Assembly (NCBI GenBank): GCA_028284775.1
Contig: JANQRB010000031.1
Span: forward strand, 3,360-67,359
Source: Candidatus Kapaibacterium sp.
Lineage (GTDB): Bacteria > Bacteroidota > Ignavibacteria > Kapaibacteriales > UBA7675
Direction of reading: 5' to 3'
Length of the DNA: 64,000 nt
Shown one piece after another: positions 49,784-60,311 of the stretch. The notes beneath the pieces were generated by a model. It saw only the letters and a list, made by a program, of their open reading frames with translations. It was not told where the DNA came from and did no database searches. The translations under genes were made by a program, and so were the position numbers. The stretch's first letter is position 1, and each line of letters opens with the position of its first letter.

Positions 49784-50830
49784 ATTGGCATCGCTCAAGA
49801 AGGGTAACAATTAATGTGAGACTCGGACAGCTTGTTCCGTCCGAACGAACAGAGTCAATACATGATTTCTTTTGATCAACAAAGCTAGCAAGGCAGCATT
49901 TCGCATGGAAGCAAAATCTGTATGAAACTGCAACAAACTACACAGCGCTCATCAAAAGCGCAGATGTGTTGTCTATCTGCATAGCAATCTCCGCTAAGCG
50001 GCCTGGTATATTTTGGTACGGCCCCGGCAATGACTTGAGAACATTGTAATTTTAGTAGACACTCACGCTGGGCGAGCGCCCGGCATGAGCAGCACTCTTT
50101 GCCCGAGCAGCAGCAGCGGTATGGCATTGACAGGGGGCAAGACGTTTTAGTTGTCAGGACAACGGGTTTCAGTTCCGGGATTCAGCCCGCGGTCCCCTCC
50201 CCCTCGCTCCACCTCCGATTAAATTCACCCTAAACATATCTCAACCACCCCCCGCCGTCTACCTCATCGTAGCAGCGTCGGCATCGGCATTCTTATAGAC
50301 GCAATAAATTTTGACAGCGCGCAAAAGCAGCCGCAAGAATACAAAAGTTTCGAGACTTAAACATGTCATCGGGGTTCATTTAGCTCTCTTTTCCGTCGAA
50401 AGTCGGGTATTCCGTCCTTAACGGTCAGCAGATTGAACTTTTGTATGCTCGGCTTCTTCAGATTGGCTTCGAGGCCAGACGGGTTGCACATTGTGCCCCG
50501 CCCGACCAGTACACATGTCAACTAATTCAAGGTATTCGCAGACCTGACCTCCGCCTGTCAGCAGCCGATGGACATCCAACTCGTCATCCGCCGGCGCTCG
50601 TTCGGCAGATTCACAAGCGCTCATGCAAAAAAAGCCAACACATATCTTCGACACGACTTCGTGCGCAGCAGACTGCGACGAAGAACGCTCTCCGGCGCCG
50701 CATGACGGCAATGGAGAGCGTCGGGGAAAGCGGTCGGAGGAATTCGGATGCCAGCCACGATTTTGCTCCGCAAACCGGCCAGCGTCGTCAGGTCACCGCA
50801 AAGCGGCCAGGCACAGGCAGGCTACACCGG

Positions 50831-53800
50831 TTATTGCAGAACGACAATTTCTCGTGTCTCGATCTGCTGGTTCGTCTGGAGCCGCACGAAATACAGGCCG
50901 GGAGGGAGTGCCGCGCCGGCGGCGTCAGCGCCATCCCAGTTGACGAACAGATCATCATTCATGAGCTCGGACTCCACTAATGTTCGGACCGGCCGGCCCA
51001 AAACATCACAGATCTGCAAACTGACGATGGCGGGCTGTTGAAGATGAATCGCAATCCTTGTTTCGCCTTGAAAGGGATTTGGGAAAACGCCGCCCAGAGC
51101 CGCCACCCCGGATACAGTAGCACGCTCCACAACCGGCAGACTGCGCTTATCGCGATCCGCGACATCCCTACTGTCCAGTACGATCCTGTCAGCAACAATA
51201 CTCCGACGATTGTTAACATTGTTGTTAATATTTACTAAACGATAACTGCCCGCGGATAAATCGTCGATACTGTAGCTGCTTACGCCCATTGCGCCTGCCG
51301 CGAGAGTCAGATCGGACATTTCGTACCACTTGCCTTTCTTACCTGTCGACCGCCGATCGGGATCGTCAAAACTTATCAGAGGCCTAAAGGAGATTGTCTT
51401 TTTACCGGCATTATACCATCGAACGAGTACGTGTTCGCCTTCGACGAAATTGCGAATGTTGCCGCGCACCCCCTGATAGTTATAGCGCCGGTTTTTGCCT
51501 CTCACGATAGCCATTCCGTCCGGCCCGGCATTAACGTAGTTCGTGTGTTTGTCTTTCAGTACTTCGTTCCAGCCCGGCAGCCCGAAGAGATTGCTCGCAG
51601 CATTGGAACCAAAGTCAACAAGCAGATAGGCATTGGCCGGCAAAACTTCCACCTGAATGTTCGCAAAATTGAGTAGTTCGCCGTCGTGGGCCGTCAGTTG
51701 CAGGAGGTAGATGCCGGGGGCACTGAACTCCACATCCGTCGAAAGGCTGTGAGGCGCGCTGAAGATCACCTCGCCCGGTCCTTCTTCCAGGTCCCAGCTT
51801 AAAGCAAGTTCCCCCGGGACGGCTGGCAGGCCGTCATCGACGGCGCGGCCGGTCAGCGTGGCGACGGCCGGCAGGCTGATAATCTGATCCGCTCCGACTT
51901 CGACCCAGGGGATCTGGTTGCCTTCGGGCAGGAGCAAGCTGATTTTGTCGGCAATCAGCTGCCGCCGGTTATTGTAGTTGACATTGACGTTTACAAGCCG
52001 ATAGGCTCCGACCGATGTCCCATCGATTGTAAAACTGCTGACTCCTGATGTACCGGGCGGCAGTGTCAGCCGCGTCATTGCATGCCAGCTCCCGCGGTGG
52101 CCCTTACCGATCCGGTCGGGGTCGTCGAAGCTGATTCGCGGCGTGAATCTGATCGTCTTTTTAGCGGCGTTATACCAGCTTACTTCAATACGTTCGCCGA
52201 GACCAAACTCACGCGGCTGGCCCGTCACACCCTGGAAGTTGTAGCGTCGGTTTCTGCCGATTCGAATCGTGACGCCGCCCGGCCCACGATTCGTATAGCC
52301 CGTCAGGCGGTCGAGCAGCACCGTCGACCAGCCTTCGAGTCCGAAGCTGTTCTCCTTAGCGCTTGCACCAAAGTCGACCAGCACAATCTCATTGTCCTCG
52401 GCCGCAACCACAACCGACACATTATCAGAGCTCGCCAGGGCGCCGTCGTCGGCCGTTAACTGCAGCACATAACTGCCCGGCTCGGAGAAACGTACACTTG
52501 TCTGCGGCGCAAACTCATCGTCAAAGTCGACAGCGCCGGGACCGCTTTCTTTAAACCATCGGACCTGGAGTTCGGCGGGAGCCGAGGGCAGACCGTCATC
52601 GCTGACGCTTCCGCTGAGAAGCACTTCGTCGTTCAGCCCTGCGCTCTGATCCTCTCCTGCATCCACCAGAGGAGCCTCGTTATCCGGCACACCACCTGAA
52701 TCGCCCTTGCCGAGATCGACATCTGCGCCTTCCGTTGTAAACGAAACCGAAGCAATCGGCGATGGGTAGTTGTCTTCATTGTAGCAGCGTACCGCTACAA
52801 AGTAGCGCGTGTTGATATTCAGTCCACGCAGCGAATATCGCTGTGTAATGTCCGGACCAAAGACCGGCGGCGCGGATTCGACCGGCACGGCGGCATTCCA
52901 CTCGGCGGGGTCGGTGATCGGCGCCGTGCTGTAGCGAATTGCATAGGCCATTGCGGCGGGATCGGTGGAGCGCTCGCGTTCGTCCTGCGAGCTGGCCGGC
53001 GAAATCCATTGCAGGTCGGCCCAGGTGCCACCGACCGCCTCGATATCTAACTGACGTACTGCCTGCGCTTCCGCCGCTGGCGTCACTGTTCCAACGTAGC
53101 TCGTCCTGATGACGAAACCGATACCTTGCAGATCGTAGCGTCCATCGATCATGTTCTTTACCGGATTGGCGCGTTGATAGGGATAGGCATCCGCGATATC
53201 GGCCGCGCGCTCGAAGACGCTAAGCAAAATCGTTCCGAAGCTGCCTTCCCCCAGCGGATGATTATTGACATCCGCCGCCGGCAGCCTGTGATGGACGTAA
53301 AAGACAAAGCTGTCACCGGGACCAAGCGGCCCTGTTTCGCTGATAGGTAGTCCCGCGCCGTCTTTGATTTCACTGCTGCCCTTCCACCATTGGACATTAG
53401 CTGTCGCGCTTGCGGCATTGGAGGCATAACCGGACAGGCGTACATTAAAATTACGCGTGGCGCTGGGATGGGTGTTCCAGATGACGATCGGATGTACGGC
53501 GGTGTTCCCGACCGTCGTACGCCGGCGGCTGACCTGCGGATAACCGGCAAGGAATGGGTTTTCATAGAACCAGATAAAGTCGTCCATGTAGATGTCGCCC
53601 GGTCCGACGTCCGGCGAGCCGGCCTGAAAGTCCCAATACAAGCGGGTGTGATCGGGCCAGAGCTCGGCATTGTCGAGAAAGGCTTCGAAACCGCCATGAT
53701 GTTTTTCGCTGCGCTGGTGCGTGGGATTGTTTCGCACCAGCAGCTCGCGCCAGACACCGCCGCCCCAATCCACTTTCATCTGAAAGTAATTGTGCATGTT

Positions 53801-54340
53801 GTCTGATTCGGGATTTGAAATGGCAAGGTTATGCGGTGTCCGTCGCTTGGCATAGCCGCCAATGACAACGTTTTGCCGCTGATCGCCGGCCAGGGCATCG
53901 AAGGCCCGTACCATGACGCTGTGGGCATTAGCCCGGCGCGCATACTTGATAAATCCTTCTTTGCCTTTGCGCGGTCCGGCCCAGAACATCTGAATGTACC
54001 TCCAGGTCGAGCCGTCCGGATAGGCTCCGGCGGTCTGGCTGATCTTTAAGGATGTCGCCGAACCCTTTGCTCCGCCTGACGCCAGGGCCAGCTCGAAATA
54101 ATCCGGCCGCTCGACAAAGTAATAGTCATCTTCGTCTTTGTTGTTGATCGTATGCAACACGCCATCTTCGAAGTCGGCCATTGTCTGAATATTGCTACGG
54201 CCTTGCGGACCGTTTGCCTGGCCGACAGTCGCATTCTGAAAGGGTGGAACATCGATAAGCTGGGCCGCCGAATCCTGCCAGGTCAGGATTGTCGACAGGA
54301 AAAGGCAGATCAATCCTGCCACGATAATACGAGGGGACAT
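50831..54340 (-). CDS. Large secreted protein: unknown N-terminal domain, FN3, two [PKD + ~150-aa module] units, FlgD/T9SS-type C-terminal domain
   Basis: Signal peptide; FN3 (LQWISP...YAIRYS...YFVAVRCY); PKD VDAGEDQ...DDGLP...YVLQLTADDG (twice); FPNPFQGETRI...DVLGRPVRTLV...GLYFVRL. Confidence 0.88.
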   Translation of the reverse strand: MSPRIIVAGLICLFLSTILTWQDSAAQLIDVPPFQNATVGQANGPQGRSNIQTMADFEDGVLHTINNKDEDDYYFVERPDYFELALASGGAKGSATSLKISQTAGAYPDGSTWRYIQMFWAGPRKGKEGFIKYARRANAHSVMVRAFDALAGDQRQNVVIGGYAKRRTPHNLAISNPESDNMHNYFQMKVDWGGGVWRELLVRNNPTHQRSEKHHGGFEAFLDNAELWPDHTRLYWDFQAGSPDVGPGDIYMDDFIWFYENPFLAGYPQVSRRRTTVGNTAVHPIVIWNTHPSATRNFNVRLSGYASNAASATANVQWWKGSSEIKDGAGLPISETGPLGPGDSFVFYVHHRLPAADVNNHPLGEGSFGTILLSVFERAADIADAYPYQRANPVKNMIDGRYDLQGIGFVIRTSYVGTVTPAAEAQAVRQLDIEAVGGTWADLQWISPASSQDERERSTDPAAMAYAIRYSTAPITDPAEWNAAVPVESAPPVFGPDITQRYSLRGLNINTRYFVAVRCYNEDNYPSPIASVSFTTEGADVDLGKGDSGGVPDNEAPLVDAGEDQSAGLNDEVLLSGSVSDDGLPSAPAELQVRWFKESGPGAVDFDDEFAPQTSVRFSEPGSYVLQLTADDGALASSDNVSVVVAAEDNEIVLVDFGASAKENSFGLEGWSTVLLDRLTGYTNRGPGGVTIRIGRNRRYNFQGVTGQPREFGLGERIEVSWYNAAKKTIRFTPRISFDDPDRIGKGHRGSWHAMTRLTLPPGTSGVSSFTIDGTSVGAYRLVNVNVNYNNRRQLIADKISLLLPEGNQIPWVEVGADQIISLPAVATLTGRAVDDGLPAVPGELALSWDLEEGPGEVIFSAPHSLSTDVEFSAPGIYLLQLTAHDGELLNFANIQVEVLPANAYLLVDFGSNAASNLFGLPGWNEVLKDKHTNYVNAGPDGMAIVRGKNRRYNYQGVRGNIRNFVEGEHVLVRWYNAGKKTISFRPLISFDDPDRRSTGKKGKWYEMSDLTLAAGAMGVSSYSIDDLSAGSYRLVNINNNVNNRRSIVADRIVLDSRDVADRDKRSLPVVERATVSGVAALGGVFPNPFQGETRIAIHLQQPAIVSLQICDVLGRPVRTLVESELMNDDLFVNWDGADAAGAALPPGLYFVRLQTNQQIETREIVVLQ

Positions 54341-54848
54341 ACGGAAACTCTCCAGCAGATAATTTCGTGGGAGATAACACTACTGGACTCCTCTGAACGA
54401 AAGCTGATTGTGCGCTTTGAAATGGAAGAAGCTGATCAGATGATACAACGGCGAGTAGATGCAGCCTTCCAAACTAAGTATCGATACAGCTGCAAAATTA
54501 GAGAAAGATGTCACGATCGCGAGCACGTCGATCGCCCAAACGCAAATTCCAGACACGATGTGTAAATTTCACACATCGCGTTCGGATCGAGACGGAAAGG
54601 CTACGGCCTCCTGTGCCGCCAAACGTCTCTGAGGGCAGACCACTGACTAATCACAGTCAGGGGAATTGTCCCGGTGAACGGCGGATCATACATCGCTCCG
54701 CCTTTAAGGAGAAAATTATCGAACTATTGACCAAAGTTTTTGGCAAACAAGGGAGTTGGTGCTAAATTGGTTTAATTAGCAAATACGCTAATTAATTTTC
54801 GCATTCATTAACTGTCAAACAACAGGCACAAATCCCGGAGACCTGGCC

Positions 54849-55208
54849 ATGATCAAAGGCGTCCATACCATGTTTTATTCCTCCGAGCCGGAAGCGCTAC
54901 GCGCTTTTATCCGCGACAAACTCGGCTTCAGCTCCTTCACCGATGTCGGCGGCGGCTGGCTGATATTCGACCTCCCCGAAGCGGAAATGGGCGTTCATCC
55001 GGCGGAAGAGGGTCAAGAACCGCCCTCGGGTACAGCCGAGCTATCCTTCTACTGCGAAGATGTGGAACAAACGGTCGCAGAGCTCAAAGAGCGAGGTGTC
55101 GAATTCCTGGACGGTATCACGAATGCCGGCTACGGTCTTATCACCCATTTCACGATGCCCGGCAACATCAAGGCACAGCTCTATCAGCCATTGTATACAA
55201 AGAGTTAA
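54849..55208 (+). CDS. VOC/glyoxalase family protein
   Basis: GGWLIFDLP...ELSFYCEDVEQTVAELKERGVEF...YGLITHF. Confidence 0.9.
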   Translation: MIKGVHTMFYSSEPEALRAFIRDKLGFSSFTDVGGGWLIFDLPEAEMGVHPAEEGQEPPSGTAELSFYCEDVEQTVAELKERGVEFLDGITNAGYGLITHFTMPGNIKAQLYQPLYTKS

Positions 55209-55287
55209 CTGTAAAGAAAACAAGCGTAGCACTCTCATCGACAAAAGAGGTGCTACGCAAAATCATCCAATCTACCGGACAATTGCT

Positions 55288-55638
55288 ATGAATGCACATG
55301 AGGTTCGGGAAGTTTGTTTGTCGCTGAAAGGCGCCGGTGAAGAAATCCTCTGGCAAAATGACCTGGTGTTTAAGGTCGCCGGCAAAATGTTCGCCTGTAC
55401 AGGCCTGGAGCCGGAAAGCGGCTATTCGTTCAAATGCTCCGCTGAGAATTTTCACGAGTTGACGGAGCTGCCCGGCGTTGATCCGGCGCCCTATCTGGCA
55501 CGCGCGCAGTGGGTGAAGATCGATCCATCGCGCTGTACCCTTGACCCTGAGCATATCGCCGGGCTGATTCGGGAATCCTATGCACTGGTAGTAGCGAAGA
55601 TGTCGCGCAAACAGCAGCGTGCGATTGAAGAGCTGTGA
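55288..55638 (+). CDS. MmcQ/YjbR family DNA-binding protein
   Basis: FKVAGKMFA...PAPYLARAQWV...IRESYALV. Confidence 0.9.
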   Translation: MNAHEVREVCLSLKGAGEEILWQNDLVFKVAGKMFACTGLEPESGYSFKCSAENFHELTELPGVDPAPYLARAQWVKIDPSRCTLDPEHIAGLIRESYALVVAKMSRKQQRAIEEL

Positions 55639-55909
55639 AACGAGAACAGCAATAGCCGGCAGTCTTCACAATAGAAGGCCGGCGGGTCGGTCCGCCGGGC
55701 AATTGTCACTTGCCTGACGCATCGTATCGAGACGACATTGTGTAACGATCCTGTAGTTGCAGCGCATACTCAATGAGTTTCTTTCCGCGCTGTTGCTGCG
55801 AAGTGCCGACCGGCCCTTTATCTGCGCTGCGCGAACCCCGGCTTAGAAAGCCTGAAGACAAGGGACTGCGGCGAATGTCGGGGAAAGTATCAGTTATTAA
55901 ACAATGAAC

Positions 55910-55946
55910 GTCGCCCGACTGCCGTGTCGGGCGACATTTGTTTTTT
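55910..55946 (+). terminator. Rho-independent terminator
   Basis: Perfect 10-bp stem gtcgcccgac/gtcgggcgac followed by atttgtttttt. Confidence 0.7.
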
Positions 55947-55989
55947 GCGTTATGTACACAACTGCTTTTTCAACTAAATTATTTAGGTT

Positions 55990-56100
55990 CTCCGCCTTTT
56001 TAAAGAAGAGCCAGGGGAGTTAATTATCTTTAATTTCTCATAACCCTCTCCCTGTTCGGCGCTCAGCCCGCGCCTCTTCCCCTTAGCCCAAGGGGAAGAG
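55990..56100. repeat. Dispersed ~110-bp palindromic element, copy 2
   Basis: Colinear with 31433-31544; perfect 11-bp hairpin ctcttcccctt/aaggggaagag (56074-56100). Confidence 0.75.
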
Positions 56101-56129
56101 ACACTGTTATAATTTAAGTTGAAAGAGCA

Positions 56130-56372
56130 CTATTCTATCACAATATCCTCGACGCGAGTGTCGGTCAAGGCCGGTTTGGCCCGCCACTGATGTCTGCGAT
56201 AGTGTTTCCAACAACGCAGATTCGCGTGTCTTGGGATATCATAAGTAGCGATCCACAATTGATTGGCTTTGCGACGTCCTCGTATTTTGATCGCGATATC
56301 GAGATCATTGTAGAGGCTTTGCGCATACGATCTTAGCTCATTAAAAACTCTAGGCTTGCGATAATATTTCAT
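56130..56372 (-). CDS. Small basic hypothetical protein
   Basis: MKYYRKPR...IRGRRK...YDIPR...RCWKHYRRHQWR; Arg/Lys/Trp-rich. Confidence 0.55.
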   Translation of the reverse strand: MKYYRKPRVFNELRSYAQSLYNDLDIAIKIRGRRKANQLWIATYDIPRHANLRCWKHYRRHQWRAKPALTDTRVEDIVIE

Positions 56373-56829
56373 CGCCGATCCTCCATTAGAAGTTAAACCT
56401 CTAATGGAAGCCACAGCCCTTATTGTGAAGAATTCGGAAAGCAGCCATGAGTTAATTCCCACTTTGTTGCTGAATTCACTGTTGCGGATTAAGTAGTGGT
56501 CTTTAGGCCCACCAGATCGACAAGAGCGAAGCGACTATATCACCCCTATCAGATAGGTTTGCTACTGACCGATCCTGCCCTTGAGTAGCATTCACAGTCG
56601 TAATGACAACCCGCAACTGGAATGCCATAGCGCAAACAAGTTAAGCAACTCGAAGAACTTCAAAAAGGCATTCTTCAGCCTTCACGTCCAGCGCTATGCA
56701 CTAAGCTCTCGCCTGCAAGTACGGTGCTCTTCGAACAATACATTAGACTCCGAAGAATCGGCAGCCAAGCGAAATCGACAGATTCTAGTCCGCCGCTGAT
56801 GAATTTCTCGTAGTTGATCCGGCCTGGAA

Positions 56830-57597
56830 TTATCTGGTCCCGTACCATAATCGACCGCGCTTCAGATCGAAGCATAAGCTTGTACCATCAAAGAAGGAAC
56901 GTCCAAGATTGCCGTCGTAAATGATATCGCGAACGACCGTTGCCGTCCGGACTTCAGCGGCGCCGTACAATCGTAGTGTCCGTAGAGCACCGACACGCTC
57001 TTCTTCTTCGTGCTTCGCTTGCGGCCAGCCCAGTTCGCGCGCGATATGGGGCGCTACAATCGCCGGTCCGGTATTGCCGGTATCCAGCTCGAACCAGGCG
57101 TAACGGCCGCCGACATCGACAGCCACGAAAACACCCAGGCTCAGGCCGCCGGCCACGCGCGCGAGCCGAATGCTCAAGGGCTGCATCGTTTCTGTGCGCT
57201 CCGTCAGACTTTGGTCGTTTTCAAAGCTGAGCGTATGCTCGGTGAAATCGAGAGTGAATGCCTGTTCGGCCAATGTACTGAGAGCAATGATACCGTCCGT
57301 CGCCGGCCAGTCAGGCGGCAGCAGCCCCGCGAAGTCCACAATCCCCATTGACTCATGATGAAAAGTCCGACCGCCGATTGCCAGCGTCACATTGTCGCAG
57401 CGCGCCATATCCATGCGACGACCAGACATCCGAAAGCCACTGATACGACCCCAGGTGTCGAGCTCTTCCTCCGCCGCCAGCGCTTGGGCGATACAGGAGA
57501 CGCCCGCGCCGGTATCGAAAAAAAACCTGCGCGTTCGTCCGGCGAACTGAACATCGAGTGTCCAGAGAACATTTTGATAAAGCGAGAGTTGGATCAT
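56830..57597 (-). CDS. Retropepsin-like aspartyl protease with two DTG domains
   Basis: FFDTGAG and LDTGNT; DGIIA and DGNLG flaps; start MIQLSL at 57597. Confidence 0.85.
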   Translation of the reverse strand: MIQLSLYQNVLWTLDVQFAGRTRRFFFDTGAGVSCIAQALAAEEELDTWGRISGFRMSGRRMDMARCDNVTLAIGGRTFHHESMGIVDFAGLLPPDWPATDGIIALSTLAEQAFTLDFTEHTLSFENDQSLTERTETMQPLSIRLARVAGGLSLGVFVAVDVGGRYAWFELDTGNTGPAIVAPHIARELGWPQAKHEEEERVGALRTLRLYGAAEVRTATVVRDIIYDGNLGRSFFDGTSLCFDLKRGRLWYGTR

Positions 57598-57798
57598 CGT
57601 CAAGATTCCGAATGTGGAGGAAGCGCAGGCCTGTCGACGGACGGATCGCTTCAACTCGCAGCCTGGGAATGTCGTCTTTGCCGCGGGCCCGCTGACAAAT
57701 CTAACAATATTCAGGCGCGCTTCGACAGTGATTGTCTTCATTTTGTATCGACAGCTCATTCGGGCATCAGCGAGGCATCGATATTGCAACGGGCCTTA

Positions 57799-58329
57799 TC
57801 AGCTCGCCGCAAGTCCATAGGCTATGCAGAACTCCTCGTAGGCCGCCGGACTGAGCAGATACCGCGCGCTCTTAAACTCCTCTTGCCGCAGCATTTTATG
57901 CGATTCTCGCGCACGCGGACGCTGTTCGAGCCAGTTGGCCAGCGTTAACTCGATCATATCTCTGAATTCCTGCTCACTGATTTCGACGTCCTGCTCGGTA
58001 AATCGATCGTGCAGACTAAACGGCGCGCCCTGCTGCAGATTTGCCCACAGGCTGTTTTTAACGTGAGCACAGAAAAGGTAAACGAGTCTCTCCGCTGCCG
58101 GGCCGATCACAGCGCTGACCTTGCTGCGATTGTCGATGCTGACCGGCATCGGCTTAAAGGACTCGGTGCCGTAGATGCTATGACACAGACCGGCAGTGCA
58201 AAGATATTCCGCAGCGCCCCAACGCTGCAGAATGGCCTGAGTTCCCATAAGATGGTCCAATAAGCCCTGACGAGAATGATTGAAGTCTTCGATGCCGAAA
58301 CTTCGGAGCTGCTCGACGATGGAATCCAT
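57799..58329 (-). CDS. DUF6817 (HD-like) domain protein
   Basis: HSRQGLLDHLMGT...AGLCHSIYGTE. Confidence 0.82.
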   Translation of the reverse strand: MDSIVEQLRSFGIEDFNHSRQGLLDHLMGTQAILQRWGAAEYLCTAGLCHSIYGTESFKPMPVSIDNRSKVSAVIGPAAERLVYLFCAHVKNSLWANLQQGAPFSLHDRFTEQDVEISEQEFRDMIELTLANWLEQRPRARESHKMLRQEEFKSARYLLSPAAYEEFCIAYGLAAS

Positions 58330-58859
58330 AAGTGACCTCGATTTTACGTGAACGGACAAGAGCAGGGGAAGATTTACGACGAGTGCCGAATGCCTGAACA
58401 CAAGGGCCGGCATTTCTGGCGACGCCGAGTCAGTACAGAGTCCCGAAGAGACTAAAAAGTTTCGACGTCCGACGTAGACAACTTCGGCGCCGGCCGAAAA
58501 CATCGTTTTGCTGCGGCGGTATAACTTCCGTCGGTATTTAAGAGGCGAAGCGATTGGAATGCTGCCGCTGCCTACCTTTCAGGCTATGAATCCCAAGCTC
58601 GGCATCCCGGTCCAAAGGAAAGCTGACCCACCTGTACTGTTCGCGATAGTGTCGAACAGTCAGGTATGATCTGAAGTCATGAGAAGAATAATCCGTGTTC
58701 AAGAAGCACACTCCTAATCTCTGCTTAAGACCGCAGAATTCGATTGCAGATGTAAACACTTGCTATTATATGCGAGATGCATATTCTCAGCTCGCGCGCA
58801 GTTTAAATTCGCTGGCGGCATCGGGAAATCACAGGCACGGTGGACTATGTCCGCCATTC

Positions 58860-59513
58860 TCACTGCTCGTCGATCCGAAAAACGACCATGACAGCGGCGC
58901 CGACGCTTATACTCCCCGGATCGATCGCCTGGATCGGCCCTTCGTCGTCAACTACTGGCTCGCGTACAAGGTGACCTTCGCGGCCGCGCAGCCGGTCGGG
59001 GTTAATATCTTCTATGTGCATCACCTTCCCAAGAATTACGCCCGCGGCCTGGCAATACACTTCCGCCTTCTCCCATGCCGCAACGATCGCGCGCTTGCGC
59101 GCGTCGGCCCGAACCTTTTTTAACTGGCTCGTCTGAAACTCAACCGAGCTGATACTCGTTGCGCCGGCGTCGATCACACCCGATAAAATATCTTCCATGC
59201 GTTCCAGCTCGCGAAGCAAGACATTAAAATCGATTTTGGCGGCGTAGCCGATGAAGCGATGCTCCCCCTCCTGATAGGCAAATTCGGAGCTGAGGCTGAC
59301 GCGTGAAGAGCCGACATCGCGAATCTGTTCACCGGTCAGAAATGCTCGCACCGCTTGCGCCTTTTGCCGTACCTCGGCAAATGACCTGCCCGGGCGATCG
59401 TTAAGCGCGTGGACACCAAAGCTTAAGGAAACCAGATCGGCTTCGGTCCGAACAATCGACGAGCCGAAGACACTTATACCATGCGGGTTCGTAATTGCCT
59501 GTACTGCATCCAT
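58860..59513 (-). CDS. SIMPL (DUF541) domain protein
   Basis: ISVFGSSIV...ARKRAIVAAWEKAEVY...LGKVMHI...PGSISVGAAVMVVF. Confidence 0.9.
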   Translation of the reverse strand: MDAVQAITNPHGISVFGSSIVRTEADLVSLSFGVHALNDRPGRSFAEVRQKAQAVRAFLTGEQIRDVGSSRVSLSSEFAYQEGEHRFIGYAAKIDFNVLLRELERMEDILSGVIDAGATSISSVEFQTSQLKKVRADARKRAIVAAWEKAEVYCQAAGVILGKVMHIEDINPDRLRGREGHLVREPVVDDEGPIQAIDPGSISVGAAVMVVFRIDEQ

Positions 59514-59549
59514 GTTGTTTTGTCCGGAAGAATAGATACCAATGAGTAC

Positions 59550-60209
59550 TCAAAAATAGAATTCGATCGGTTTGCCGCTGGCGATGCTTGCCGCGCAGAA
59601 TTTGTTAATATCTTCCAGGGCAAGCAAACAAATCTCGACAATTTTTTCGTTGCTGTCCGGGAATTCTTCACTCCCGGATTTCATCAGGGCCAGGGAGCTG
59701 TAGCCACCCAGCCAAGTCTGCTCCAGTCCCCTTTGAACGTTCATCTCTGCTGCAATTTCAAAGCGCCACATGACTGAAATAAGCGATCGCAGCTTCGCAA
59801 ATGACACGCTTCCTTTTAACTCCAGACTTGCAATAAGCTCCTGCGCTTCCAATTGCCATAATTCGGCTTCTTCAGCAGACAGAGTCATTGTTTCTTCCAT
59901 TGAGGCCGAACAAGCGGACCGCCAGGCGCCCAGGCGCATACAGATCTCGAATGTGTCGGGCTCGTCAATGAACACCAGCCTTATCGCTTCACATAATTCA
60001 AGGATTTTTCCCGGCCAGCCTTGAAACAACATACCTTCGCGATGACCGCATTCATACATGAGTTTTGTATCGCGTTCCCACACTTCGACTTCGCGTTGTT
60101 GCGCGGCAGTAAGATGACGGCGTCTGGCAAAGGGTCTGTCGCTCAGACCGCTCTTGGGCAAAGCAATCCGATTCGGACAATGGCAGCGTACCTGCGCCCA
60201 CTTACCCAT
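59550..60209 (-). CDS. Hypothetical protein
   Basis: Coding-like ORF; N-terminal RCHC...ECGH motif; no family recognised. Confidence 0.65.
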   Translation of the reverse strand: MGKWAQVRCHCPNRIALPKSGLSDRPFARRRHLTAAQQREVEVWERDTKLMYECGHREGMLFQGWPGKILELCEAIRLVFIDEPDTFEICMRLGAWRSACSASMEETMTLSAEEAELWQLEAQELIASLELKGSVSFAKLRSLISVMWRFEIAAEMNVQRGLEQTWLGGYSSLALMKSGSEEFPDSNEKIVEICLLALEDINKFCAASIASGKPIEFYF

Positions 60210-60311
60210 TCGATGACTCGTTTAGCCTTTTGTACTGTCGTCACCCGGTGAAAACTGCAATATCGACAGATTGCCCAACGCGGCCGGCCTGTGCCAGATC
60301 TGCGACAGTAA

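Noticed and set aside
49885-50127. 80-aa ORF with 15 Cys (metallothionein-like?)
   Set aside because: No RBS, irregular Cys spacing partly from a gct/gca triplet run, intergenic context; likely spurious.
50418-50711. 97-aa minus-strand ORF
   Set aside because: No motif and overlaps other short frames; not supportable.
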